This document shows, in pieces, positions 29,587 to 40,659 of a DNA stretch of 64,000 nucleotides. How positions within the stretch are numbered: the stretch's first letter is position 1; every line of letters begins with the position of its first letter. Both the position numbers and the translations under genes were made by a program. The notes below the pieces were generated by a model. The model worked only from the letters and a program-made list of their open reading frames with translations, had not been told where the DNA came from and did not search any database. Origin of the DNA: Gallionella sp. (lineage in GTDB: Bacteria > Pseudomonadota > Gammaproteobacteria > Burkholderiales > Gallionellaceae); assembly GCA_030681375.1 (NCBI GenBank), contig JAUXWM010000086.1, forward strand, positions 526 through 64,525. Reading direction: 5' to 3'.

Positions 29587-29937
29587 TTAGTGATCTATGA
29601 ATACTTCTATGGGCAGATCGCCGGTCAGGATGGCGATATCCAGATGGCTACCCTGATGTTCTTGCGTGTATTGACAATAGCTTGTCACGCTGACGACGAT
29701 CGCCGCGAGTAGCATGGCTGTCGCCAGCCATTGATGGGTGGAATGCGGCATAAGCGCGTGGGCGCGATGGCCTATCGCGCTCAACGACAGGACGGGCTCG
29801 CGCAGTTTTTGCTTTTGCAATGCAATGGCGCGCGCCTGACGTAGTGTAGTGACAATATGTTCATCAAGTTGTCCGCTGCTTTGCGTGAGTAATTCAGCGA
29901 TGCGCGTGTGATTCAGGTCTTGCTTATATGGTTTCAT
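29587..29937 (-). CDS. Single-TM protein (DUF3619-like), candidate anti-sigma factor
   Basis: LRQARAIAL N-terminal helix, one TM segment, C-terminal DIAILTGDLPIEVF; overlaps the sigma gene stop. Confidence 0.7.
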   Translation of the reverse strand: MKPYKQDLNHTRIAELLTQSSGQLDEHIVTTLRQARAIALQKQKLREPVLSLSAIGHRAHALMPHSTHQWLATAMLLAAIVVSVTSYCQYTQEHQGSHLDIAILTGDLPIEVFIDH

Positions 29938-30503
29938 GGTAATTCAACTCCTTTAGCTTTTAGCGTCGCGGCCAAAGCATGATTCGCTCTCGAACAGTGG
30001 GTTTTGACGCTGCCTTCGGTACATCCCATTGCCTTGGCTGTTTCGGCGGTATCCAACCCTTCCCAGTAACGCAGCAGAAAGGCTTCGCGTTGACGCAGGG
30101 GGAGTTTGCTTAAGGCCTGTTCGATCAAAGCCAAAATCTGTTTTTGTTGCATGGCCGAATCCGGGGTTGCAGGGGTACTTTGATTGTTGTCATCCTCAAG
30201 CACATCCAGCGGGTCGAATTCCTCTTCGTCGTGCTTGGGCTGAAAGGCGGAAAATAGTGATATCCAGCTCGTGCGCACCTTTTGACGACGGTAATGGTCA
30301 CGAATAGTGTTCTGCAAAATACGATGGAATAACAAAGGTAATTCTTCGGCAGGCTTGTCGCCATACCTTTCCGCCAGTTTGATCATGGCGTCCTGAACGA
30401 TATCCAATGCGGTATGGCTATCGTGCACAGCAAAGGCTGCATGTTTGTAAGCGCGGCGTTCGATGCGGCTCAGAAAATCGCTTAATTCAGCTTGGGTTGC
30501 CAG
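29934..30503 (-). CDS. ECF RNA polymerase sigma factor (CTG start)
   Basis: Region 2 (DIVQDAM...ILQN) and region 4 (LPLRQREAFLLRYWEGL...SVKTHCSRA). AAGGAG-6 nt-CTG at 30503, with an in-frame TAA just upstream. Confidence 0.9.
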   Translation of the reverse strand: MATQAELSDFLSRIERRAYKHAAFAVHDSHTALDIVQDAMIKLAERYGDKPAEELPLLFHRILQNTIRDHYRRQKVRTSWISLFSAFQPKHDEEEFDPLDVLEDDNNQSTPATPDSAMQQKQILALIEQALSKLPLRQREAFLLRYWEGLDTAETAKAMGCTEGSVKTHCSRANHALAATLKAKGVELP

Positions 30504-30585
30504 TTTTTACTCCTTGCAATGAGCATGAATAGTAACAAAACACGGTGTTATTAGCCAGAAAACGTGTGGTTTGCAACGCAAGTAG

Positions 30586-30614
30586 TTGACCAAAATGCTG
30601 CTTCCCTTTATCTT
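30586..30614 (+). promoter_or_regulatory. Putative sigma70 promoter of ilvBNC
   Basis: TTGACC-17 nt-TATCTT, 37 nt upstream of the ilvB ATG. Confidence 0.6.
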
Positions 30615-30651
30615 ACGCAGTTCTTTTTAGTTTAATCATAGGGTGTGTGTC

Positions 30652-32361
30652 ATGGAGATGACCGGTGCGGAAATAACCATCCGTTGTTTACAAGAAGAAG
30701 GTGTTGAATATTTATTCGGCTATCCGGGCGGGGCGGTACTGCACATTTATGATGCACTGTTCCAGCAGGACAAGGTCAAGCATATTTTGGTGCGTCACGA
30801 ACAGGCAGCCGTGCATGCGGCTGACGGCTACGCGCGTTCCTCTGATAAGGTGGGTGTTGCGCTGGTTACTTCCGGTCCCGGCTTGACGAATGCAGTGACC
30901 GGGATTGCAACCGCCTATCTGGATTCGATACCGATGGTGGTAATCAGTGGTCAGGTGCCGACGTTTGCGATCGGTGAGGATGCGTTTCAGGAGGTGGATG
31001 CGGTCGGAATTACGCGGCCCTGCGTGAAGCACAACTTCCTGGTCAAGGATGTGAAAGACATCGCCTCGACGATTAAAAAGGCTTTTTATCTGGCTAAGTC
31101 GGGTCGTCCAGGCCCGGTTCTGGTGGATATACCGAAAGATGTTTCCGGTCAGAAAACCGAGTTTGTTTATCCGGCCAGCGTCAATATTCGTTCTTATCAT
31201 CCGCAAGGTCGTGGAGATAGCGCGCAGATCAGACATGCGGCGCAGCTGATGCTGGAGGCCAAGCGGCCAATGATTTATGCGGGTGGCGGTGTGGTGCTGT
31301 CCGATTCGTCTGCGCAGTTGACCGATCTGGTTCGTTTGCTGGGTTTTCCGTGCACCAATACCCTGATGGGCTTGGGTGGTTTTCCGGCCAATGACAAGCA
31401 GTTCGTCGGCATGCTGGGCATGCACGGCACCTATGAAGCCAACATGGCGATGCAGCATTGCGATGTGCTGGTGGCTATCGGTGCGCGTTTTGACGACCGC
31501 GTAATCGGCAACGTCGAACATTTTGCTCAGGTGCCGCGCAAAATCATTCATATCGACATTGACCCTTCCTCGATTGCCAAGCGCGTCAAGGTGGATGTGC
31601 CGATAGTCGGTGACTTGAAGCTGGTTCTGACTGAATTGCTGGAAGTATTGCGCGCCAGTCGTCAAAAGCCGGATGCGGCCGAAATGGCGGCATGGTGGAA
31701 GCAGGTCGATGAATGGCGCGTGACAGGCGGTGGTTTGCGCTATAAAAACTCCAGCGAGATCATCAAGCCGCAATTCGTGATTGAGACACTGCATAAGCTG
31801 ACAGGCGGTGATGCGTTTGTCACCTCCGATGTGGGGCAACACCAGATGTGGGCGGCGCAGTATTACAAATTCAATCATCCGCGTCGCTGGATCAATTCAG
31901 GCGGTCTGGGTACGATGGGCTTTGGCTTGCCGGCAGCGATGGGGGTGCAGCTCAAACATCCGGGAGAGACGGTGGCTTGCGTGACGGGTGAGGGCAGTAT
32001 CCAGATGAATATTCAGGAATTGTCCACCTGCAAGCAATATCATTTGCCGATCAAGGTGCTGTCGCTGAACAACGGCTATTTAGGTATGGTGCGCCAGTGG
32101 CAGGAATTTTTCCACGGCAACCGTTTTTCGGAATCCTACATGGACGCGTTGCCTGACTTCGTGAAAGTGGCCGAAGCATATGGCCATATCGGCATGCGTA
32201 TTGATAAACCGGCTGATGTGGAACCTGCGATGAAAGAGGCCTTCTCACGCAAGAATGATCTGGTGTTCATGGACTTTCGTACAGACTCGACTGAAAATGT
32301 GTTCCCTATGGTTCCTGGCGGCAAGGGTTTGTCTGAAGTTGTTTTGGCGGAGGATTTATAA
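30652..32361 (+). CDS. ilvB: Acetolactate synthase large subunit
   Basis: FGYPGGAVL, VRHEQAA, TSGPG, ThDP motif GEGSIQMN...NNGYLGMVRQWQ. Confidence 0.97.
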   Translation: MEMTGAEITIRCLQEEGVEYLFGYPGGAVLHIYDALFQQDKVKHILVRHEQAAVHAADGYARSSDKVGVALVTSGPGLTNAVTGIATAYLDSIPMVVISGQVPTFAIGEDAFQEVDAVGITRPCVKHNFLVKDVKDIASTIKKAFYLAKSGRPGPVLVDIPKDVSGQKTEFVYPASVNIRSYHPQGRGDSAQIRHAAQLMLEAKRPMIYAGGGVVLSDSSAQLTDLVRLLGFPCTNTLMGLGGFPANDKQFVGMLGMHGTYEANMAMQHCDVLVAIGARFDDRVIGNVEHFAQVPRKIIHIDIDPSSIAKRVKVDVPIVGDLKLVLTELLEVLRASRQKPDAAEMAAWWKQVDEWRVTGGGLRYKNSSEIIKPQFVIETLHKLTGGDAFVTSDVGQHQMWAAQYYKFNHPRRWINSGGLGTMGFGLPAAMGVQLKHPGETVACVTGEGSIQMNIQELSTCKQYHLPIKVLSLNNGYLGMVRQWQEFFHGNRFSESYMDALPDFVKVAEAYGHIGMRIDKPADVEPAMKEAFSRKNDLVFMDFRTDSTENVFPMVPGGKGLSEVVLAEDL

Positions 32362-32852
32362 TGCGCCATATCATTTCTTTGTTGATGGAAAACGAAGCAG
32401 GCGCGTTGTCGCGCGTGGCAGGTTTGTTTTCTGCACGCGGTTACAATATCGAATCGCTGACGGTGGCGCCGACTGAAGATGCTACCCTGTCGCGCATGAC
32501 TATCGTCACCAGCGGTTCGGATGCGGTCATCGAGCAGATTAACAAGCAGCTCAATAAGCTGGTCGATGTCGTGTCGGTGATGGACTTGAGCGAAGGTGAG
32601 CATATCGAGCGCGAGCTGATGTTGCTTAAACTACGTGCTGAGGGTGAGGCTCGCGAAGAGCTGAAGCGTCTGACAGATATTTTTCGCGGGCGGATTCTGG
32701 ATGTATCGGATCACACCTACACTATCGAATTGACCGGTTCGAGAGTTAAGCTGGATAGTTTTATCGATGCAATTGGCCGTGACCTGATTCTGGAAACGGT
32801 ACGCACCGGCGCGTCCGGCATCGGGCGTGGCAACAGGATTTTGAAACTGTGA
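32361..32852 (+). CDS. ilvN: Acetolactate synthase small subunit
   Basis: MRHIISLLMENEAGALSRVAGLFSARGYNIESL ACT domain. Confidence 0.97.
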   Translation: MRHIISLLMENEAGALSRVAGLFSARGYNIESLTVAPTEDATLSRMTIVTSGSDAVIEQINKQLNKLVDVVSVMDLSEGEHIERELMLLKLRAEGEAREELKRLTDIFRGRILDVSDHTYTIELTGSRVKLDSFIDAIGRDLILETVRTGASGIGRGNRILKL

Positions 32853-32936
32853 ATTAAAAACAGTCGTTAGACACGAGTCGCTAGTCAGTAGTTAAACCCG
32901 CGCAGCGGACAACGAAAACTAATAATCCACGTCTAG

Positions 32937-33992
<1,056 letters not shown>

Positions 33993-34012
33993 AAATTAGT
34001 GAGTAGTCAGCG

Positions 34013-34061
34013 GGGGAGTAGTCAGTGGAGATGATTTTTCACTGACTACTCCCCATTTTTT
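34013..34061 (+). terminator. Intrinsic terminator after ilvC, built from heptamer-repeat arms
   Basis: Perfect 15-bp stem ggggagtagtcagtg / cactgactactcccc followed by a T run. Confidence 0.8.
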
Positions 34062-34161
34062 TGCTGCGGGTTTGCACGCTATGTTCATTTACCCTCATTA
34101 TTTTCAGTGCCAGTGATCGCTTACGCTGGCGGTATGGACCCAAAACGGTTAATCTCACGCC

Positions 34162-34905
34162 ATGGACGAATTCAATACACGTAAGCCGATGAATCTACGC
34201 CGCCGCGGTATCTATCTGCTGCCTAATTTGTTTACCACGGGCGCGCTGTTTGCGGGTTTTTATGCCATTGTGCAGGCGATGAACGGCAGATTCGAGTATG
34301 CGGCGGTGGCGATTTTTATAGCCATGGTGCTGGACGGACTGGATGGGCGTGTGGCGCGCATGACGCACACGCAAAGTGAATTCGGTGCGGAATATGACAG
34401 CTTGTCTGACATGGTTTCATTCGGTGTCGCGCCTTCGCTGGTTATGTACGAATGGGCATTGAAGGGCATGGGCAAGTGGGGGTGGTTTGCCGCTTTCATT
34501 TATTGTGTAGCGACTGCCCTGCGTCTGGCGCGTTTTAACACCAATATCGACATCGTCGATAAAAATTATTTTCAAGGCTTGCCTAGTCCGGCGGCGGCCG
34601 CCTTGGTGGCGGGTTTTGTCTGGGTGATGTTGGATTACGGCTTTAAGGGCGATGAACTGCGCTGGTATGCAGCCGCACTCACGGTGTTTGCCGGGCTGAG
34701 CATGGTCAGCAATCTGCCGTTTTACAGTTTTAAAACCATCAATATGCGCAAGAGCGTGCCGTTTCTGGTGATTTTTCTCGCGGCACTGTTCTTTGTGCTG
34801 ATTTCCAGTGATCCTCCGCGTGTATTATTTGGCTTGTTTCTTTGCTATGCCTTGTCAGGCTTTGTGATGTGGTTTGTGCGGCGGCGCAGCAAGCCCATTG
34901 CGTGA
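34162..34905 (+). CDS. pssA: CDP-diacylglycerol--serine O-phosphatidyltransferase
   Basis: LPNLFTT, DGLDGRVAR...GAEYDSLSDMVSFG CDP-alcohol phosphotransferase motif, LRLARFN. Confidence 0.95.
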   Translation: MDEFNTRKPMNLRRRGIYLLPNLFTTGALFAGFYAIVQAMNGRFEYAAVAIFIAMVLDGLDGRVARMTHTQSEFGAEYDSLSDMVSFGVAPSLVMYEWALKGMGKWGWFAAFIYCVATALRLARFNTNIDIVDKNYFQGLPSPAAAALVAGFVWVMLDYGFKGDELRWYAAALTVFAGLSMVSNLPFYSFKTINMRKSVPFLVIFLAALFFVLISSDPPRVLFGLFLCYALSGFVMWFVRRRSKPIA

Positions 34906-34932
34906 GTCGTCAAAACTCGTTATATTCCCGAC

Positions 34933-35013
34933 ATGCATTTTTCACGCCAAATCTCTCAGCTTCATTCCACATTCAGCTTGCTGGCTGCGCTGTTGCTGCG
35001 CGGCGCGCGCTAA
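34933..35013 (+). promoter_or_regulatory. Putative leucine leader peptide uORF (MHFSRQISQLHSTFSLLAALLLRGAR)
   Basis: 26-codon ORF with five Leu codons in the seven-codon stretch LLAALLL, ending 81 nt before leuA; hairpin at 35043-35065. Confidence 0.65.
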
Positions 35014-35094
35014 TCCTATACCCGAAATCTGAAGTATCAAGTGCGTCAATCCCCGGTGATTGCGCAGGTTAATCTATTTCATCAGGAGTTCAGC

Positions 35095-36630
35095 ATGACA
35101 AACCAGTTAATTATATTCGACACCACCTTGCGTGATGGCGAACAAAGCCCGGGCGCGGCGATGACCCGCGAAAAGAAGATACGCATTGCACGTCAGCTGG
35201 AAAAATTGGGCGTGGATGTGATCGAGGCGGGTTTTGCCGCAGCCAGTCCAGGCGACTTTGCGGCAGTTCGTGCCGTTGCCGAAACAGTCAAGGATGCGAC
35301 GGTATGCTCGCTGGCCCGCGCCAGCGAAAATGATGTGCGCCGTGCGGGCGAGGCGATACAGCCAGCTAAATCAGGCCGTATCCACACCTTTATCGCTACC
35401 AGTCCTATACACATGCAGCATAAGTTGCGCATGAGCGAAGATCAGGTGGTTGAACGCGCTGTAGCTGCGGTGAAATGGGCGCTGGAATATACCGACGACG
35501 TGGAATTTTCCGCCGAGGATGCGGTGCGTTCGGAAATGGACTTTCTGGTGCGGGTGTTCGATGCGGTGATTCAGGCAGGTGCCAGGACGCTGAATGTGCC
35601 GGATACGGTCGGTTACTCCATTCCTGCTGCATGGGGCGAGCGCATTAGCCAATTGATAGCCCGTGTGCCGAATTCGGACAAAGTGATCTGGTCCACCCAT
35701 TGTCATAACGATCTGGGTCTGGCCGTGGCAAATTCCCTGTCCGCAGTGATGAATGGTGCGCGTCAGGTTGAGTGCACCATCAATGGTCTGGGGGAGCGCG
35801 CCGGCAATGCCTCGCTGGAAGAAATCGTCATGGCGGTAAAAACACGCCGCGACGTATTCAATCTGGAAACGCGCATCGACACGACGCAGATCGTGCCGAC
35901 TTCCAAGCTGGTTTCCAGTATTACCGGCTATCCGGTGCAGCCGAACAAGGCGATAGTGGGTGCGAATGCTTTTGCGCATGAGTCCGGCATTCATCAGGAT
36001 GGCGTGCTCAAACACAGGGAAACCTACGAGATTATGCGTGCCGAAGATGTGGGCTGGAATGCCAATAAACTGACGCTGGGCAAGCTTTCGGGCCGCAATG
36101 CCTTGCGTCAGCGTTTTGCGGCGTTGAACATCGAATTTGCCTCGGAAGAGGCATTTAATGCAGCGTTTCAGCGTTTCAAGGAATTGGCTGATCGCAAACA
36201 CGAAATCTTTGATGAGGACTTGCAGGCTCTGGTGAGCGATGAAGCCATTGCAGAAGTTAATGAACATTATCGTTTGCTCTCATTGCGCGCCCACAGTGAA
36301 ACCGGAATTTTGCCTGTCGCCCGGGTGCTGATAAGCATAGGCGATGTACAACACGAAGCCGAGATGCAAGGTGGCGGCCCGGTGGACGCGACATTCAAGG
36401 CGATAGAGCACATCGTGCATAGCGGTACCGAGTTGCAGCTGTATTCGGTGAATAACATCACCAGTGGTACCGATGCGCAGGGTGAAGTGACGGTGCGTCT
36501 GGCTAAGGGAGGGCGCATTGTGAACGGGCAAGGCGCGGATACCGATATCGTGGTGGCTTCTGCCCAGGCCTATCTGGATGCCCTGAACAAGTTGCATGAC
36601 AATTTGCAGCGCGCGCATCCGCAGCTTTGA
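35095..36630 (+). CDS. leuA: 2-isopropylmalate synthase
   Basis: [41 protein letters not shown]-terminal regulatory domain. AGGAG precedes ATG 35095. Confidence 0.97.
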   Translation: MTNQLIIFDTTLRDGEQSPGAAMTREKKIRIARQLEKLGVDVIEAGFAAASPGDFAAVRAVAETVKDATVCSLARASENDVRRAGEAIQPAKSGRIHTFIATSPIHMQHKLRMSEDQVVERAVAAVKWALEYTDDVEFSAEDAVRSEMDFLVRVFDAVIQAGARTLNVPDTVGYSIPAAWGERISQLIARVPNSDKVIWSTHCHNDLGLAVANSLSAVMNGARQVECTINGLGERAGNASLEEIVMAVKTRRDVFNLETRIDTTQIVPTSKLVSSITGYPVQPNKAIVGANAFAHESGIHQDGVLKHRETYEIMRAEDVGWNANKLTLGKLSGRNALRQRFAALNIEFASEEAFNAAFQRFKELADRKHEIFDEDLQALVSDEAIAEVNEHYRLLSLRAHSETGILPVARVLISIGDVQHEAEMQGGGPVDATFKAIEHIVHSGTELQLYSVNNITSGTDAQGEVTVRLAKGGRIVNGQGADTDIVVASAQAYLDALNKLHDNLQRAHPQL

Positions 36631-36723
36631 ACTTTCTGGAACATTGCCCGTCAGACGGCGCGTGCATGGTTTGCACGTGCGCATAAGGTTTGTATACCTT
36701 TGCAATTTCCATTGGAGAATATT

Positions 36724-37680
36724 TTGAAAAAAGTTTTATTGGGATCGCTATTGTTATTGACTTCGCTGAGTGCGAATGCGGGTTGGATAGAGTGTTCGAT
36801 CATCCCGAACACGCAGTGTCCACACGCCCAGTTTTCTGGAAAAAATCTGGAAAATGCTAACCTGCAGGGCGCCCAGTTGTTGGAAGGCGATCTGTCCAAA
36901 GCCAATTTAACCAAGGCCAATCTTCAGGGCGCAAACATTTATCACGGCAAGTTGACGGGGGGTAATTTCACCGAAGCGAATATGGCAGGCATCACGCTGT
37001 ATAACGCCGACCTGACTGGCGCGAATCTGACTGGCGCGAATCTGACCGGCGCCAAACTTAAAAATGCGAACCTGAGCGAGGCCAATCTCACCGATACCGA
37101 TCTGAGCAATGCAGAAATTAACGGGGCTAAGTTCAGTAAGGCGGTGTTTTGCCGTACTGTGATGCCGAATGGCATAATTAACAGCGGTGCAAACTGTTCT
37201 GCGAAAACAGCTGCTGCGGCGCTTCAGGCCAGTGCTGGGGAAGCATCTGTCAACGGTTGCCTCATTCAGCCGCGCAGTGTATGCCTGAATGCCTCGTTGG
37301 CGGAAGCGAATCTGGGTTCGGCTAATTTGTCCGGCGCGCAGCTTTACATGGCTAATCTGGCGCAAGCCAATCTGTTCAAAGCCAATCTCGGCAAGGCGAA
37401 TCTGACTGAAGCCAATCTGGCGCGCGCCAATCTTACCAGCGCCAACCTGTCGCAAGCGAATCTGACAGAAGCTAATCTGAGCAAGGCCACGTTGCGTGGC
37501 GCACAACTGGAACGCGCCAATCTGACTGGGGCCATTCTGCTGAATGCGGATTTGTCTGATGCGGATTTGTCTGGCGCCAATATTGCAGGAGCCGCATTGT
37601 CAGGTGCGATTTTGTGCAACACGATTATGCCGGACGGAAAAGTGAATAACAGCAGTTGCCGGGTTGAGCAAAAGAACTGA
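36724..37680 (+). CDS. Exported pentapeptide-repeat protein with two Cys-capped modules
   Basis: Signal peptide (KKVLLGSLLLLTSLSANA), two A(N/D)Lxx arrays, each opened by CxIxPxxxC and closed by C..MP(N/D)G..C. GGAG precedes TTG 36724. Confidence 0.88.
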   Translation: MKKVLLGSLLLLTSLSANAGWIECSIIPNTQCPHAQFSGKNLENANLQGAQLLEGDLSKANLTKANLQGANIYHGKLTGGNFTEANMAGITLYNADLTGANLTGANLTGAKLKNANLSEANLTDTDLSNAEINGAKFSKAVFCRTVMPNGIINSGANCSAKTAAAALQASAGEASVNGCLIQPRSVCLNASLAEANLGSANLSGAQLYMANLAQANLFKANLGKANLTEANLARANLTSANLSQANLTEANLSKATLRGAQLERANLTGAILLNADLSDADLSGANIAGAALSGAILCNTIMPDGKVNNSSCRVEQKN

Positions 37681-37774
37681 GCGCACAACGGGCAGCTAAG
37701 GCTTGTAAGCGTAAAGGTTGCGCTGCCATAGTTTTGCGGCAGCCTGCGAAATAAAAATGACCTGCTGGTTAGTA

Positions 37775-37810
37775 ACAAAGGGCACGCCTAGCGTGCCCTT
37801 TGTCGTTTTT
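37775..37810 (+). terminator. Hairpin terminator
   Basis: Perfect 13-bp stem acaaagggcacgc-cta-gcgtgccctttgt followed by a T-rich tail. Confidence 0.7.
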
Positions 37811-37935
37811 GCTCGCTTGCGGGTGTGATATGCGACACCGCAGAGCTGTCGCAGTGCAAGCCGGCGGCATATGCATTGCGTGATGGGCATGGCTTAACAT
37901 ACACTGCCACGATTTTGGACATTACGGGAGTGGGG

Positions 37936-39207
37936 ATGTCGACACTGAGTCGCAGGGATTATCAGACACTGGCGTTATCGGCTTTGGGCGGGGCGCTGGA
38001 GTTCTATGACTTCATCATTTTCGTGTTCTTCGCAGTCGTAATCGGGCAGTTGTTTTTTCCGCCGGATATGCCGGACTGGTTAAGGCAGTTGCAAACCTTC
38101 GGCATCTTTGCTGCGGGTTATCTGGCGCGCCCGCTGGGTGGTGTTGTGATGGCACACTTTGGTGATCTGCTTGGGCGCAAACGCATGTTCATGCTGAGTA
38201 TTTTGTTGATGTCTTTGCCTACCCTGGCGATCGGTCTGTTGCCTACCTATGCCGTGATCGGCATCTGGGCACCCTTGTTGCTGCTGACATTGCGCATCAT
38301 GCAGGGCGCGGCCATAGGGGGTGAAATTCCCGGTGCATGGGTGTTTGTCTTTGAGCATGTGCCCGCACGGCATGTCGGATTTGCCTGCGGCACTCTGACG
38401 GCGGGCCTGACAGGCGGTATTCTGCTCGGTTCGCTGGTGGCAAGCGCAATCAATGAAATCTATACGCCGGCTGAACTGTTGAGTGAAGGGTGGCGTGTGC
38501 CTTTTATTCTGGGCGGCTTGTTTGGATTATTGTCGGTGTGGTTGCGCCAGTGGCTGAATGAAACGCCGGTATTTAAAGAGATGCAGGCACGGCAGACGCT
38601 GGCCGACGAACTGCCGTTGAAAGCCGTGATCCGCGATCACCGGCCTGCGGTGGCGCTGACGATGCTCATGACCTGGCTGTTGTCGGCGGCGATCATTGTG
38701 ATGATATTGATGACGCCGATAATGTTGCAAAAGCTGTATGCCATCCCGGCCTCCGTGGCTTTGCAGGCGAATAGCATCGCCACACTGTTCCTGAGTCTGG
38801 GCTGCATCGTGTTCGGTGCATTATCTGATCGTTTCGGCCCGGGGCGGGTGATGATGGCGGGTTGTGTGATGTTGGGCTATACCTCAATGCTGCTCTACAA
38901 CCAAATGTCAGTCACTCCGCAACACATCAATGCGCTCTATGCGCTGTGCGGTTTTTCTGTCGGCGTAATCGGGGTGATCCCTAGCGCGGCAGTAAGCGCC
39001 TTCCCGGCCGTGGTTCGATTCTCCGGTTTGTCATTTTCATATAATGTGGCCTATGCGGTATTCGGCGGACTGACGCCGATTCTGGTGAGCATGTTCCTGC
39101 CGCTTGATCCGCTGGCGCCGGCGCATTACGTGCTGCTACTGAGCGCTGTGGGCGTGTTGATCGGTCTGTATTTGTGGCGTGGCGACAGGTCGGGCGTGTA
39201 CGGTTAA
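37936..39207 (+). CDS. MFS transporter, MHS (ProP/citrate-like) family
   Basis: GGALEFYDF, RPLGG...GDLLGRK, QGAAIGGE, ETPVF. GGAG precedes ATG 37936. Confidence 0.92.
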   Translation: MSTLSRRDYQTLALSALGGALEFYDFIIFVFFAVVIGQLFFPPDMPDWLRQLQTFGIFAAGYLARPLGGVVMAHFGDLLGRKRMFMLSILLMSLPTLAIGLLPTYAVIGIWAPLLLLTLRIMQGAAIGGEIPGAWVFVFEHVPARHVGFACGTLTAGLTGGILLGSLVASAINEIYTPAELLSEGWRVPFILGGLFGLLSVWLRQWLNETPVFKEMQARQTLADELPLKAVIRDHRPAVALTMLMTWLLSAAIIVMILMTPIMLQKLYAIPASVALQANSIATLFLSLGCIVFGALSDRFGPGRVMMAGCVMLGYTSMLLYNQMSVTPQHINALYALCGFSVGVIGVIPSAAVSAFPAVVRFSGLSFSYNVAYAVFGGLTPILVSMFLPLDPLAPAHYVLLLSAVGVLIGLYLWRGDRSGVYG

Positions 39208-39293
39208 ATGGCTTTTTATGCGACAATGCGCGATTCGTCAGCGCAGGCACGGTGTGGTTGTAGCCAGCTGCCAGTAATCTTCTAGGATGGATC

Positions 39294-40262
39294 GTGTTTT
39301 TAGATAATCTCAAACAATTGCTCGCGGCCGATATGGCGGCAGTAGATCAGGTGATACGCAAGCGCTTGCACTCGGAAGTGCTGCTGGTCAATCAGGTCGG
39401 TGAATACATCATCAATAGCGGCGGCAAACGGTTGCGCCCGGCTCTGGTCGTGTTGTCTGCGCGGGCATTTTCCTATCAGGGCACGCATCACCACGATCTG
39501 GCTGCGGTGGTCGAGTTTATCCATACCGCGACCTTGCTGCACGACGATGTGGTGGATGAATCCGGTCTGCGTCGTGGGCGTGAGACGGCGAATGCCCTGT
39601 TTGGCAATGCGGCCAGCGTGCTGGTAGGCGATTTTCTGTATTCGCGGGCGTTCCAGATGATGGTCGAAGTTGGCGAGATGCGCGTGATGCAGACGCTGGC
39701 AGACGCAACCAATGTGATTGCCGAAGGTGAGGTGTTGCAACTGCTTAACTGCCATGATGCGGACGTGGACGCCGACAATTACATGCGGGTGATTCATTAC
39801 AAGACGGCCAAGCTGTTCGAGGCGGCGATGCGCCTCGGTGCGATTCTGGCCGGTGCTTCCGATGCGGATGAAGCTGCCGTCGCCAGGTATGGTATGCATC
39901 TGGGCACGGCATTTCAGCTGGTGGACGATGTGCTGGATTACTCGGCTGACGAAGTTGCAACGGGCAAGCATCTTGGCGATGACCTCAGTGAGGGCAAGCC
40001 TACCCTGCCGCTGATTTATGCCATGCAGCACGGTACGTCCGAGCAGGCCGCCGTAGTGCGGGGGGCGATTGAGCAGGGTGATGTGAGTAAGTTTGCCGAG
40101 GTGCTGAAGATTATTCATGACACCGGCGCGCTGGACTTTACCCGTTTGCAGGCCATGCGCGAGGTGGAATTTGCCTGCGCAGCCCTTGCTGTGCTGGCTG
40201 ACTCTGAGTGCAAACAATCACTGATAAAATTGGCGCACTTCGCTGCTACGCGGGAATTTTAA
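39294..40262 (+). CDS. ispB: Octaprenyl-diphosphate synthase
   Basis: SGGKRLRP, LLHDDVVD (FARM), FQLVDDVLD (SARM), GKPTLP. Confidence 0.93.
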   Translation: MFLDNLKQLLAADMAAVDQVIRKRLHSEVLLVNQVGEYIINSGGKRLRPALVVLSARAFSYQGTHHHDLAAVVEFIHTATLLHDDVVDESGLRRGRETANALFGNAASVLVGDFLYSRAFQMMVEVGEMRVMQTLADATNVIAEGEVLQLLNCHDADVDADNYMRVIHYKTAKLFEAAMRLGAILAGASDADEAAVARYGMHLGTAFQLVDDVLDYSADEVATGKHLGDDLSEGKPTLPLIYAMQHGTSEQAAVVRGAIEQGDVSKFAEVLKIIHDTGALDFTRLQAMREVEFACAALAVLADSECKQSLIKLAHFAATREF

Positions 40263-40435
40263 AATCCGCAGTTCACGAAAGAGGTGAAAAAATTAGCTTT
40301 GTCATTATCGAGTGCGGGCGAAAAAATCTGAACTGATTGCACGGCGCATGTTTACGATGCGCGCTACAGTTGGTGATTGTTGTCTTTTTACATCGAAGTC
40401 TTAGTCCCATCCATCCGCAACGGGGTTCATCTGCC

Positions 40436-40648
40436 ATGAGTCGTCTGATATTTCTGTTTGCCATCGCAGCACTGGTATATTTGCTGTTCAAAGCCTATCG
40501 CAAGAAGGCGCCTCCAAATAAACAAGCCATTGCCGAGGATATGGTGCGTTGCGCACATTGCGGCGTGCATCTGCCCGCAGGGGAAAGCATACAGGCAGAG
40601 GGGCAGCAATTTTGCTGCGACGAACATCGCGACGCTCATCTTAAATAG
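40436..40648 (+). CDS. Small membrane-anchored Cys/His protein (PP0621-like)
   Basis: N-terminal TM, MVRCAHCGVHLP...FCCDEH; directly upstream of pilS. Confidence 0.8.
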   Translation: MSRLIFLFAIAALVYLLFKAYRKKAPPNKQAIAEDMVRCAHCGVHLPAGESIQAEGQQFCCDEHRDAHLK

Positions 40649-40659
40649 CCTGTCGTATA

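Noticed and set aside
30595-30630. Mini-ORF MLLPFILRSSF as an ilvB attenuator peptide
   Set aside because: It starts between the predicted -35 and -10 boxes, so it would not be in the transcript; no RBS or terminator.
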